In this document: positions 19,217 to 28,886 of the stretch, one piece after another
How positions within the stretch are numbered: the stretch's first letter is position 1
Layout: each line of letters opens with the position of its first letter
Assembly (NCBI GenBank): GCA_965262915.1
Contig: OZ253564.1
Location: 832,001-896,000 of the forward strand
Length of the DNA: 64,000 nucleotides
Reading direction: 5' to 3'
Origin: Candidatus Spongiisociaceae bacterium
Lineage (GTDB): Bacteria; Actinomycetota; Acidimicrobiia; Spongiisociales; Spongiisociaceae
Made by a program: the position numbers and the translations under genes
The notes under the pieces: model-generated
Databases searched by the model: none
What the model was told of the DNA's origin: nothing
Seen by the model: only the letters and a program-made list of their open reading frames with translations

Positions 19217-21145
19217 ATGAGCAACGGAGTCGAGCGCAACCTGTTAGTGCCGCTGAGCGACGGTGAGACGCTGGCGGTCGATGTCTACCTACCGGACGAA
19301 CAGCCCTCCCCGGCCATCGTGAGCTACTACCCCTATCACAAGGACGACGTGATCGGGGGGTTCTTCGAGTACGCCAACCGCTACTTCGCCGAGCAGGGCT
19401 ATGCGGCCGTTCTGGCCGACTTCCGGGGTCTGGGCGGTTCCAGCGGCCTGCCCGGCGAGGCCATGAACGCCCGGGAGGCCGACGACGGAGCCGAACTCGT
19501 GGAGTGGATCGCAGCCCAGCCCTGGTGCGACGGCTCGGTGGGGATGTGGGGACTGTCCTACGGCGGCATAACCTCCTTCAAGACCGCCGCGGTGCAGCCA
19601 CCTCACCTGAAGGCGATCGTGCCCGTGATCGGGTCCGCCGACATCTACCTGGACTGGGTGTATCCGGGAGGATGTCTCAACTGCCTAGGGCTGATGGGTT
19701 GGGGTTCGTACATGGTGGCGATGCAGATGGTCCCCCCGATGTTCCAGGACCCGGACGGTCGCTGGATGGAAGTGTGGTGGAACAGGCTCCACAACGCCCG
19801 TCCCTACATCCTCGACTGGCACGCTCATCCGGAACAGGACGCCTTCTGGGACTCCAAGACCACCGGTGTGGAGGACATCGAGGTGCCGACCTTCCTCATC
19901 GGAGGCTGGCGGGATATCTTCCCCGAAGGCATGGTGTCCCCTTACAGCCGCCTGTCCGGCCCGCGCAAGCTTCTCATGGGGCCGTGGCTCCACTGCGCGC
20001 CCGATCAATCCCCCTTCGAACCGGTCGACTACCTGGCGGAGATCACCCGCTGGTGGGACCGGTGGCTACGCGACCAACCCAACGGGGTCGAGGACGAGCC
20101 GCCGGTCACCCTCTACGTCCAGACCGGTGAGGGGGGCGAGGGTCGCTGGAAGAATGAAGAAGCCTGGCCCGTCCCCGCTGCCGGGGACACCCCCCTGTTT
20201 CTCTGCGGGGACCGACTGAACGGGGAGGTTGCGGACCGGAGCGGCAGCCGGACCTACCGGGCCGACCCGACCCTCGGTTCCTACTCGGTCCTGTGGGACC
20301 CGATGGCGTTGGGCCTCGGAAACCCGCAGAACCAGGCGCCCGAGGACGTTCTCTCCCTCGCCTATACCTCCGAGCCGATCGAGGATGCGATGGAGATCAC
20401 CGGCTCCCCCGAGGCGGTCCTCTACGTGAGCGTGGACGAAGGCGACGAGGCCAACCTCGTGGTCAAGCTGTGCGATGTGGCGCCGTCGGGCCACTCGACC
20501 CTCATCTCGACAGGGTGGCTGAAGCTCACCCATCGGGAGTCCCACCGGCGTTCCGTCGCCTTGGTCCCGGGCGAGGTGGTAGAGGCCCGGGTAGCCGTGT
20601 GGGCGACATCCTACGAGGTGGCCGCCGGGCACCGGCTACGTGTCTCGGTTTCGTGCGCTGACTTTCCCAGGATCTGGCCCACCATCACCAACCCGTTGAT
20701 CCGCCTGCACACCGGCATTGAGCACCCCTCCCGGATCTCCCTTCCGGTGGTTCCAACCGAAGCGTCCGGACCGGTGACGAAAATGCCCAGACCGGATCCC
20801 GACCTCGACCGTGCGCCGCTGGGAATCGACTACGCCCCCAAGCACATCGTGACTCGTGACCATGGCAAGGAGACAGTCACCGTGGAAGCGGGTTTCGGCT
20901 CGACGATGCATACCCCCAGCCTCGACGGCCGGGCCCACGTCGACACAGAGATCATCGCCACCGTGTCGCGCCACCGCCCCGACGGCGCCCGCTTGGAGGG
21001 CAACACGACCTTCGTGCTCGATACCCCGTCCGGGAGCCGGGTGGTGGTCGACGCTCGCACCCGCGTCTCAGCCCGCGAGGTGACGGTATGGGGCCGTGTC
21101 GAGGCAGACGGAGTACCAATCTTCGAACACCGCTGGCACTCGTAG
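19217..21145 (+). CDS. CocE/NonD family serine hydrolase
   Basis: YYPYHKD, DFRGLGGS, GLSYGG nucleophile, GGWRD, MGPWLH; PepX_C-like C-terminal domain. Confidence 0.92.
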   Translation: MSNGVERNLLVPLSDGETLAVDVYLPDEQPSPAIVSYYPYHKDDVIGGFFEYANRYFAEQGYAAVLADFRGLGGSSGLPGEAMNAREADDGAELVEWIAAQPWCDGSVGMWGLSYGGITSFKTAAVQPPHLKAIVPVIGSADIYLDWVYPGGCLNCLGLMGWGSYMVAMQMVPPMFQDPDGRWMEVWWNRLHNARPYILDWHAHPEQDAFWDSKTTGVEDIEVPTFLIGGWRDIFPEGMVSPYSRLSGPRKLLMGPWLHCAPDQSPFEPVDYLAEITRWWDRWLRDQPNGVEDEPPVTLYVQTGEGGEGRWKNEEAWPVPAAGDTPLFLCGDRLNGEVADRSGSRTYRADPTLGSYSVLWDPMALGLGNPQNQAPEDVLSLAYTSEPIEDAMEITGSPEAVLYVSVDEGDEANLVVKLCDVAPSGHSTLISTGWLKLTHRESHRRSVALVPGEVVEARVAVWATSYEVAAGHRLRVSVSCADFPRIWPTITNPLIRLHTGIEHPSRISLPVVPTEASGPVTKMPRPDPDLDRAPLGIDYAPKHIVTRDHGKETVTVEAGFGSTMHTPSLDGRAHVDTEIIATVSRHRPDGARLEGNTTFVLDTPSGSRVVVDARTRVSAREVTVWGRVEADGVPIFEHRWHS

Positions 21146-21148
21146 ACA

Positions 21149-21175
21149 CCCTCACCGGCTCGCACGGGTGAAGGG
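21149..21175 (+). terminator. Candidate stem-loop after the CocE gene
   Basis: CCCTCACC...GGTGAAGGG, imperfect, without an adjacent U-tract. Confidence 0.3.
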
Positions 21176-21373
21176 CCGAAACCGTACTTTATTTGTGCCC
21201 GCCGGGGCCCGGAGAATTGTCGTAGTTGACCTAGTGGGGACTACCGAACAATGGTTCCGTCGCCCATAAGGGTCAGCGTGACGTAATCGTACGTCGTCCG
21301 CTTGATCGCCGTCCTGAGATTTCGTTGAACGATGTAGGTGAGGCCTAGGGGGACGTAGTCGGAACGGATCCTG

Positions 21374-21406
21374 TACGATATGATGAATACATAGAATACA
21401 CAGGAG
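21374..21406 (+). promoter_or_regulatory. relBE promoter/operator and SD
   Basis: TACGAT -10, direct repeat GAATACA x2 (21385, 21394), AGGAG. Confidence 0.55.
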
Positions 21407-21411
21407 ACAAG

Positions 21412-21639
21412 ATGGCTACGTCAGTCCGGCTTTCGGCCGAAACCGAGCGGCGGCTCGCCTTTCTCGCTTCTCAGACGGGGCGTACGAAGGCTTTCTACCT
21501 GCGAGAGATCATCGATCGTGGACTTGATGATATTGAGGACTACTACCTGGCCGCGGATGTTCTGGAACGTCTCCGTAAGGGACAGGAGCAGGTACATACC
21601 GCCGCGGACGTTAGGAAAGAGCTTGGCTTGGACGATTGA
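21412..21639 (+). CDS. relB: RHH antitoxin (RelB-like)
   Basis: MATSVRL...LASQTGRTKAFYLREII...EDYYLA; overlaps the toxin start. Confidence 0.88.
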   Translation: MATSVRLSAETERRLAFLASQTGRTKAFYLREIIDRGLDDIEDYYLAADVLERLRKGQEQVHTAADVRKELGLDD

Positions 21640-21889
21640 CTATACGGACACCGCCAAGATGCAACTGAAGAAGCTTGATAGGAACACGGCGTCGCGAATC
21701 ATCGATTACATGGACGAGCGCGTAGCACCGTTGGACGATCCACGGCAGGCCGGTCAGGCGTTGACCGGTCCTATGGGTGGGTTGTGGCGTTATCGGGTAG
21801 GGGGCTGCCGCGTCATTCGTGATATCCAGGATGATCTTGTGCGCGTCTTGGTGCTGAGGGTGGGGAGACGAGACAAGGTCTACCGCTGA
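21623..21889 (+). CDS. relE: RelE/ParE-family toxin
   Basis: TTG start, MAWTIDYT; AKMQLKKLD, GLWRYRVG, RVGRRDKVY. Confidence 0.9.
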   Translation: MAWTIDYTDTAKMQLKKLDRNTASRIIDYMDERVAPLDDPRQAGQALTGPMGGLWRYRVGGCRVIRDIQDDLVRVLVLRVGRRDKVYR

Positions 21890-21939
21890 TGAACTACCTC
21901 TGAACCAACCCCCTCGCCACAACACTACCAAGGATCGGA

Positions 21940-22917
21940 TCAGGTACCGGCGAGGATACGTTTGGGGGTTTCGACCATGATGGTGTGCCATTGGTCGTCG
22001 GTCAGTCCGATCTCTCGTTCGAGCATTTCCTGTCCTGCCACCGGAAGCCAGGCGTAGCCGCAGCCACCGTTGGTGGCCAGGTCCTCGGCATAGCAGACAT
22101 CGTGGGAGAGGACGATGTGGTCAGTATGACCGTCGTCGATCAGACGTTTGATGCTGCGCAGGATCCGGTTGCGGTGGAAGTCGGTCATGTCCGGAAGGCT
22201 GCCCATGCGGTCGAACGAGACGCAGGCGCCTCGGCTGGCGATCTCGGCGTGGTAGCGGGGGTAGGGCTGTCCACCGGAGTGGGCCAGGACCACACGGTTG
22301 AGATCGACGCCTTCCTGCTCGAGGATGTCGAGCTGCTCCAGCCCGCCGATACCCCTGGTGGTGTGGGTGGTCAGGCCGACGCCGGTCTCGATCTGGGCGC
22401 GGCCGGCGGCGCGGAGGACCCTTTCCTCGATGGCGGAGAGGCGGTTGTACTGGGCGCCGATCTCGCCGATGATCCCCGCCTTCACGTCCGTGCCCTCCAT
22501 GCCCTCGCGCAGTTCCCCGATGATCTCCTCGGCAAGCTGGTCGGTGGACAGATCCCACAACCGCGGCTTGTAGTAGTTCTCGTGGTACCAGCCGGCGCCC
22601 ATGATGATCTTGAGCCCCCTCCGCTCGGCGGCGCGGCGAACTGCCAGGGGTGGCGGTAGCGGCTTGAGATCGTCCTGGTCGAACATGATGGGGTTGTCGT
22701 ACTCCCTGAGTCCCCCGGTGGTGAGGTCGACGACGGTGGCGCCGCCCGCCTGGCACAGCATTTCCAGCTCGATGTCAGCCAGCTCGGGATCGTTGAGGAT
22801 GTTGGTGAAGATCCAGGCGTCCCTCATCAAGTCGAGGAAGATGTGCTCGTGCATGAGCGTGAGGCCCAGATCCTCCACGTCCACCGGACCTGTCACCGTC
22901 ATTATCTGATTAGCCAT
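21940..22917 (-). CDS. Phosphotriesterase-related (PHP-like) amidohydrolase
   Basis: SD GGAGG; IMTVTGPV, TLMHEH, GIIGEIG, TTH, LAHS, LSHD. Confidence 0.92.
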   Translation of the reverse strand: MANQIMTVTGPVDVEDLGLTLMHEHIFLDLMRDAWIFTNILNDPELADIELEMLCQAGGATVVDLTTGGLREYDNPIMFDQDDLKPLPPPLAVRRAAERRGLKIIMGAGWYHENYYKPRLWDLSTDQLAEEIIGELREGMEGTDVKAGIIGEIGAQYNRLSAIEERVLRAAGRAQIETGVGLTTHTTRGIGGLEQLDILEQEGVDLNRVVLAHSGGQPYPRYHAEIASRGACVSFDRMGSLPDMTDFHRNRILRSIKRLIDDGHTDHIVLSHDVCYAEDLATNGGCGYAWLPVAGQEMLEREIGLTDDQWHTIMVETPKRILAGT

Positions 22918-23008
22918 CTGCCCTCCTCCGACCATCCAAGTATGCCTTGTGCCATCATGGCTGACAACGCCGCGGCGGATCGGGCCAGGGCGGCGGGGAG
23001 GAGGGGTA

Positions 23009-23968
23009 ATGACCGAGCGTACAGCCTATTTCAACGGCCACTTCATCCCGGAGTCGGAGCTGCGGCTGGCGCCGTTCGACGTCGGGGTACGGATCGGGGA
23101 GTTCGTCTTCGAGACCGTCCGGAGCTACGACCTCCGTCCCCACCGGCTCCGTGACCATATGGACCGCCTCTACGCCTCCATGAAAGCCCTCGACATCGAC
23201 TGCGGCATGTCGATCGAGGAGATGGAGGAGGTCACCCACGAGTTGGTCGAACGCAACAAGGCCACCATCGAGCCGTACGACGACCTGATGTGGAACAACG
23301 ATGTCTCGCGGGGCATCGCCAAGCCTTTCGAACGCGGCCCCTACGACTCGTACGAGCGGACGGTGTTCGTCATGTTCATCCCGTTGGGACCCTCCCTGGT
23401 GGAGGCGCTCGACGGGTTGGAGAACGGCGTCCCGGTCGTCATACCTCCCACCAGGAACATCCCCGCCCGCTACCTGGATCCGAAGATGAAGAACCGCAAC
23501 CGGATCCACTACGGGCGGGGCATGCGGGAGGCGCGCAAGGTCGATCCCCGGGCCGAGGCTTTGTTCGTGGACGACGCCGGCTACATCACGGAGGGGGGCG
23601 GGGCCAACTTCCTGATCGTCAAGGACGGTGCCATCCTCTCGCCCGAGGGCCGGAACATCCTGCGAGGGATCACCCTGGAGGACGTCAAGGATCTGGCGCC
23701 GCAGTTGGGCATGGAGTTCGTCGAGACCAACATCGAGCCCTACGACGTGATGACCGCCGACGAGGCCTTCTTCGCCTCCACCCCCTTCTTCGTGATGCCG
23801 GTGACCAGCATCGATGGCCGGTCCATCGGGACCGGGAGGCCCGGTCCGGTGGCGGACCGCCTGATCGACGCCTTCGCCCAGCAGGTGGGCGTGCATCCGA
23901 TCGAACAGGCCCGCAAGATCACCCAGCCGTATCTGGCGGACCGTCCGAAGGGTTCTAGACCGTATTAG
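23009..23968 (+). CDS. Class IV PLP aminotransferase (branched-chain/D-amino-acid type)
   Basis: AYFNG, VFETVR, HMDRL, DPKMK, ITEGGGANF, ILRGIT, ADEAF. Confidence 0.9.
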   Translation: MTERTAYFNGHFIPESELRLAPFDVGVRIGEFVFETVRSYDLRPHRLRDHMDRLYASMKALDIDCGMSIEEMEEVTHELVERNKATIEPYDDLMWNNDVSRGIAKPFERGPYDSYERTVFVMFIPLGPSLVEALDGLENGVPVVIPPTRNIPARYLDPKMKNRNRIHYGRGMREARKVDPRAEALFVDDAGYITEGGGANFLIVKDGAILSPEGRNILRGITLEDVKDLAPQLGMEFVETNIEPYDVMTADEAFFASTPFFVMPVTSIDGRSIGTGRPGPVADRLIDAFAQQVGVHPIEQARKITQPYLADRPKGSRPY

Positions 23969-23991
23969 TCGGTTGTCGGTTGTCGGTTGTC
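23968..23991 (+). repeat. Heptamer array (GTCGGTT)x3.5
   Basis: Starts at the TAG of the class IV aminotransferase. Confidence 0.85.
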
Positions 23992-24080
23992 AATCCTGAT
24001 TAGTAGTCGACTTACATACTCAATGGGTAAGGCCGACCCTCTCTGTATGAAAGCCGTAAGGAAACGGGTGACAGTGCATG

Positions 24081-24116
24081 GACAACTATCGACTATCGAC
24101 CAATAACTACCGACTA
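24081..24116 (-). repeat. Degenerate heptamer array (TAGTCGG/TAGTCGA-like on the minus strand)
   Basis: Starts at the TAG of the convergent SDR; mirror image of the 23968 array. Confidence 0.65.
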
Positions 24117-24941
24117 CCCCCTGTACAAGGCTGCTTTCAGCTTCGCCACCAGGTCCGGGTCCAGTTGGTGGAAGGTGTGGGCCAGCGCCCAGGGGCCGTT
24201 GATCGATGCTACGCCTCCGTCGATGGGGATGACCGCTCCGGTCACGAAGCGGGAACGGGGGGAGCACAGCCAGGCAACCAGCTCGGCGACCTCGTCGGGG
24301 GTTCCGATCCTGCGGCCGGGTAGCACCGTGTCGTAGAAGCTCAGGTCGGCCGCGCCCAGCATCGGGGTGTCGATGGCGCCGGGGGCGATCACGTTAACGG
24401 TGATCTCGTGGTGGGCGAGCTCGGCGGCCAGGGGGCGGGCCATGCCCTCGAGAGCGGCCTTGCTCCCCGTATACGGGATGTCGCCTGCTTGGCCGCGGGC
24501 GGCGGCGATCGACGACCACATGATGATCCGCCCGCCCTGGCCCCTCCCGATCATCTGGCGGGCGGCGTTCTTCACGCAGTAGAGCGTGCCGAAGGTGTTG
24601 ATGCGGAAGATACGCTCCACGTCCTCGTAGTCCATGTCGACGATGCTGTTCCAACCTGCCCATACGGCGGCGGCGGTGGCCAGGATGTAGACCGGTCCCA
24701 GTGAACTCCCGATCTCATCGAACGCCTCTCCGACGGGGTCGGGATCCGACGTATCGACCGCCAGGGTGAGTATGCCGTCCCCGAGCGTGGCGAGGCCCTC
24801 CGCGTTCAGGTCGAGGGCCGCTACCGTCGCCCCGGCCCGGTGCAGGCGCAGAGCGGTGGCCCGACCCTGGCCCGAAGCGGCCCCGGTCACCACGGCCACC
24901 CGCCCCGTGAGATCGAGTACGTCCATGCCGGATCCGTCCAT
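24114..24941 (-). CDS. SDR family oxidoreductase
   Basis: SD GGAGGA; TGAASGQG, YTGSK, VNVIAPG, IDGG. Confidence 0.92.
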   Translation of the reverse strand: MDGSGMDVLDLTGRVAVVTGAASGQGRATALRLHRAGATVAALDLNAEGLATLGDGILTLAVDTSDPDPVGEAFDEIGSSLGPVYILATAAAVWAGWNSIVDMDYEDVERIFRINTFGTLYCVKNAARQMIGRGQGGRIIMWSSIAAARGQAGDIPYTGSKAALEGMARPLAAELAHHEITVNVIAPGAIDTPMLGAADLSFYDTVLPGRRIGTPDEVAELVAWLCSPRSRFVTGAVIPIDGGVASINGPWALAHTFHQLDPDLVAKLKAALYRG

Positions 24942-25020
24942 AGGGTCCTCCTGTCGCAGCTGGGGAAAGGGTACCGTCGGTGGTGACGGCTTGCGGGGGG
25001 CCGGCCCGGCCTGCGGTTGG

Positions 25021-26190
25021 TCAGTCGAGCAACGTGAGGCGAGGAGAGGCAGCCGGGACATCTACCTCCCCGAAGCCGACCTCGGCCCGGACCATGTTGA
25101 CGCCCCGGACGAGGGAAACCATCTTGTAGAAGGCGTGCATGCGGCTCATTCCCTGGCGCCCGAACCCGCAGTCGGTGGAGAGGATCAGCCGCTCGGGGGC
25201 GATGTACTCCAGGGCTTTGCGGACCAGGTTCGCCACGTCCTCCGGGGGTTCGATCTGGAGGGTGCGATGGCTCACCACCCCCAAGGCGATCTTCTTTTCC
25301 GATCCGATACCTTCGGCGATCATCGGTATCTCCTTGCCGGATGTCTCCTTCGCCTCGAAGGTCAGCACGTCCGCGTCCAGCTGATCGAAGTACGGCAGGG
25401 CGGCCTCGTAGGAGAATTTCTTCGACCGGGTGCGCTGAGCGCCCGGACTTCCCCAGCAGGTGTGGCACCAGACCTCGGTCTTGTCTCGCAGGCCTGCCAC
25501 CTCGCGGTTGAAGGCCTCCACGTAGAAGGCGGCATCGAGCATGGCGCCCGTCTCCGTTCCGGCGATGCCGTGGATGGCGGGTTCCTCCACCTGGATCACC
25601 GGGCAGCCCACATCGGCGAGACGGTGGTACTCCTCGTTCATGATCCCGGACAGCTCCATGACCAACCGGCGCCTGTCCCGGTAGAAGTCGTTGTTGATGG
25701 ACGCTTCGAGGAGCTGGGCCGAGATGGCGCCGAACTTCACGGGCTTGGCCGTGGACGCCTGGGCGGTCAGCCAGATGCGGTCGTATTCCAGCGGGCCGGG
25801 GCCGATCTGTCCGGTAACCGCCCTGGGCATCCTCGTCTCCATGACCTCGTGCATGAACTCCCCGGGCTGCTTGCCCTGGTGGATGGGGTAGCTGCGCAGT
25901 TCCGGAGCTCCGAGACCCGCCAGCCGCTCCTCCGGGTAAGCGATCCACTGCCGCCCTGCCACGTCGTCGTCGAAGCGGGCGTCGCCGTCAACCAGGATGT
26001 CGATGCCGGCCCGGTTCTGGTCGGCGATGAGCGCGGCCACCAGATCCCGGTACTGCTCGCGGAAGCTCCGCCCTGCCATGGCCGTCGAGAACGGCCTCCC
26101 GGCCAGTGACTCGGTATACCAGCCGGGTCGCGGCAGACCCCCGGTCGTGGTGGTTACGAGCGGCCGGTTCTTGGTTGCACCGAGCACCAT
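25021..26190 (-). CDS. Cobalamin-independent methionine synthase II (MetE C-terminal-like) family protein
   Basis: GGLPRP, Q..AGIDILVDG, IQVEEP, WCHTCWG, LGVV, STDCG (His/Cys/Cys zinc ligands). Confidence 0.88.
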   Translation of the reverse strand: MVLGATKNRPLVTTTTGGLPRPGWYTESLAGRPFSTAMAGRSFREQYRDLVAALIADQNRAGIDILVDGDARFDDDVAGRQWIAYPEERLAGLGAPELRSYPIHQGKQPGEFMHEVMETRMPRAVTGQIGPGPLEYDRIWLTAQASTAKPVKFGAISAQLLEASINNDFYRDRRRLVMELSGIMNEEYHRLADVGCPVIQVEEPAIHGIAGTETGAMLDAAFYVEAFNREVAGLRDKTEVWCHTCWGSPGAQRTRSKKFSYEAALPYFDQLDADVLTFEAKETSGKEIPMIAEGIGSEKKIALGVVSHRTLQIEPPEDVANLVRKALEYIAPERLILSTDCGFGRQGMSRMHAFYKMVSLVRGVNMVRAEVGFGEVDVPAASPRLTLLD

Positions 26191-26480
26191 GGGACCCCCT
26201 TTCGCCGGTGCCGTGTTACCCCTCCAGGCTACCGATACGTAAACGCATGACGACGGGAGATCGTGAGCTACTTGCAGGCGTGGCGTTCAGCCGTGAAGGA
26301 GTTTCACACCACCCTCCTCGGTGACCGTACCGTCTCGCTCACGCCGACGCCCGCGACGCCCGCCGGTCGGGGTGGTCACTGGCCCGGTCCTTGGTTGCTC
26401 CGAACACCAGGGGGCTCTCATTCGCCGGCGCGGCGTCCTCCCGGCTAACGGACCACCCACCACTGACCACCGCCCCACCA

Positions 26481-26509
26481 TTGACGGTATGGGTAGCCGT
26501 GGGTAACGT
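26481..26509 (+). promoter_or_regulatory. Sigma70-type promoter of the DMF-amidase-like gene
   Basis: TTGACG-N17-TAACGT; SD GGAGG before ATG 26558. Confidence 0.6.
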
Positions 26510-26557
26510 GCTGGAGCGGTCATCTACTCGCCGTGACCGTTTCTGGGGAGGTACGAC

Positions 26558-28813
26558 ATGCAGATCGTTGGTTACGCCGACAAGCTACGCGCCCAGCCTG
26601 GGGAGTCCATGAGCTTCATGGTGAGTTGCCGGTCGTCGAGTTACAGGGCCCAGTTGGTTCGCGTAAGGCACGGCGACGACAACCCCCGAGGCCCGGGGTC
26701 CAAGATCGACGACCTCGACTCGGCTGCCAACGGTGAGTACCCGGGGCGTGTCCAGAAGATCCATCCCGGTTCTTTCGTCGCGGTCCCCGACGATCCCCGT
26801 CTCCGATTGGGTGGCAGCTTCACCATCCAGGCGTGGATCTACCCGACCACCATCGAGAAAGGTCGGCAAGGGGTGGTCACCAAGTGGGACTGCGACACCG
26901 GCTCCGGTTATGGCCTGTTCGTAGACGAGCAGGGTGCGCTATCCCTACGTGTTGGCGATGGCGACACCGTCGACGAGGTCAGCACCGGAGTGGCCATGCA
27001 GGGTTCCAAGTGGTACTTCGCCGCCGGTGTCTACGACGCCGGCAGTGCTTCCCTCCGTGTCTACCAGACTCCGTTGGACCACTGGCCCCTCCAGGACACC
27101 GCGGCGGAGGCAGAAGGATCGGCGGTCGGTGGTCCCGGCCGGACCGGGGCCGGACTGGTGATCGGTGGCTGTAGCCGGGGTGAGGACACCGGGTTGGGCA
27201 CGGTCTGTGGGCTCTACAACGGCAAGATCGACAACCCGACCCTCCTCGGACGGGCGTTGGGACCGGAAGAGATCGTGGCGCTGCGAGAGGACCGGTCCTC
27301 CGTGGCCGGGGATCAGGCCTTGATCGCCGCGTGGGACTTCGGTCGTGATTTCTCCACCTCCACCGTCACCGACAGTTCCCCCAACGGCCTGCACGGTGAG
27401 GCGCTCAACATGGCTGTGCGGGCTGTCACCGGTCACAACTGGAACGGTAGGGCGATGGACTTCAAGCACGCCCCCGACCAGTACGCTGCCATCCGCTTCA
27501 ACGACGACGACCTCGACGACGCCCGCTGGGATGTCGACTTCGAATACACGGTGCCCGAAGACCTGGCGAGCGCCATGTACGCCTTCCGCCTGACCACCGA
27601 GGACGCTGAGGACTACATCCCGTTCGCGGTACGGCCCAAGAATGGAGAACCGACCGCGAAGATCGCCTTTCTTCTCGGGACCTACACGTTCCTGGCCTAC
27701 GCCAACGAGCATCTGGCCAACAATCCGGTCCTCATCGAGTACCTGGAGGGCAAGGGGATGGAGGTCGAGTTCCCGCTCCTCCCGCACGAGCACTACATGG
27801 TCGACAACAAGCTGGGCGGCCTCTACGACCTGCACACCGACGGGAGCGGGATCTGTTTCTCCACGAGCCGCAGGCCCATCGTCAACTTCCGTCCCAACAA
27901 CAAGCAGCGAACGGTCGGCGCCGGGCTGGGTGCGCCGGTCCTGCTGTCCGCCGATCTGCACCAGATGGACTGGATGGAGAGCCAGGGATTCGAGTTCGAC
28001 GTGATCACCGACGAGGACATCCACTTCGACGGGCTCGACCTGCTGTCCGGATACAACGTCGTGATGTCGGATGCCCATCCCGAGTACTGGACCGAGGACA
28101 TGCTCATCGCGCTGGAGGCCTACCTCAACGCGGGGGGCCGCTTCATGTACATGGGGGGCAACGGGCTCTACTGGATAACCTCGGTCGACCCCGAGCGCCC
28201 GCATGTCATCGAGGTGCGCCGCTGGAACGGCACCGGTTCGTGGCGGACCGACTTTGCGGAGAGCCATCACAGCACCACCGGGGAGCCGGGCGGCCTGTGG
28301 AGGTTCCGGGGCTGGGCGCCTCAGCGATTGGTGGGAATCGGCATGACCGCCCAGGGGGGAACCGGAGTCAACTCGGCCTACTGCCGCCTCCCCGCCAGCT
28401 TCGATCCGAGGGCCGCGTTCATCTTCGAGGGGATCGGCGACGACGAGAAGATCGGTGGTTTCGACACGCTGAACCTGGGCTGGGGGGTGGCCGGTTACGA
28501 GTTCGACCGGGCCGACCCCGCTCTGGGTACGCCCGCGCACGCCTTGGTCGTAGCCGCGGCAACCGACTTCGACGACAGCTTCCATCATGTGGTCGAAGAG
28601 GTGATGCATATGAACTCCGACCAGACCGGCACCACCAACGATCTGGTCCGGGCGGACATGGTGTTCTTCGAGTATCCGAACGACGGAGCGGTGTTCTCCA
28701 CGGGCTCGATCGCCTGGAGCGCCGGTCTCTCCTACAACAATTACGACAACAACGTCTCGCGCGTCACTGCCAACGTGCTGCGGAGGTTCGCCTCAGACGG
28801 CCCCCTTCTCTGA
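26558..28813 (+). CDS. N,N-dimethylformamidase large (beta) subunit family protein with LamG-like insert
   Basis: IVGYAD, LAYANEH, GLYDLHTDGSG, HPEYW, YMGGNGLYW, EPGGLWR, AGYEFD, VRADM, AVFSTGSIAW. Confidence 0.88.
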   Translation: MQIVGYADKLRAQPGESMSFMVSCRSSSYRAQLVRVRHGDDNPRGPGSKIDDLDSAANGEYPGRVQKIHPGSFVAVPDDPRLRLGGSFTIQAWIYPTTIEKGRQGVVTKWDCDTGSGYGLFVDEQGALSLRVGDGDTVDEVSTGVAMQGSKWYFAAGVYDAGSASLRVYQTPLDHWPLQDTAAEAEGSAVGGPGRTGAGLVIGGCSRGEDTGLGTVCGLYNGKIDNPTLLGRALGPEEIVALREDRSSVAGDQALIAAWDFGRDFSTSTVTDSSPNGLHGEALNMAVRAVTGHNWNGRAMDFKHAPDQYAAIRFNDDDLDDARWDVDFEYTVPEDLASAMYAFRLTTEDAEDYIPFAVRPKNGEPTAKIAFLLGTYTFLAYANEHLANNPVLIEYLEGKGMEVEFPLLPHEHYMVDNKLGGLYDLHTDGSGICFSTSRRPIVNFRPNNKQRTVGAGLGAPVLLSADLHQMDWMESQGFEFDVITDEDIHFDGLDLLSGYNVVMSDAHPEYWTEDMLIALEAYLNAGGRFMYMGGNGLYWITSVDPERPHVIEVRRWNGTGSWRTDFAESHHSTTGEPGGLWRFRGWAPQRLVGIGMTAQGGTGVNSAYCRLPASFDPRAAFIFEGIGDDEKIGGFDTLNLGWGVAGYEFDRADPALGTPAHALVVAAATDFDDSFHHVVEEVMHMNSDQTGTTNDLVRADMVFFEYPNDGAVFSTGSIAWSAGLSYNNYDNNVSRVTANVLRRFASDGPLL

Positions 28814-28886
28814 CCAGCGCCACCCTGTGGTGGGCACTGGGCCGATTGGCTCGTGATCTCATCGGTCATGGTGATGCCACGCCGGA

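Noticed and set aside
26263-26307. IS200/IS605-end-like palindrome (GTGAGCTACTT...AAGGAGTTTCAC)
   Set aside because: Too degenerate, single copy, and no tnpA/tnpB remnant nearby.
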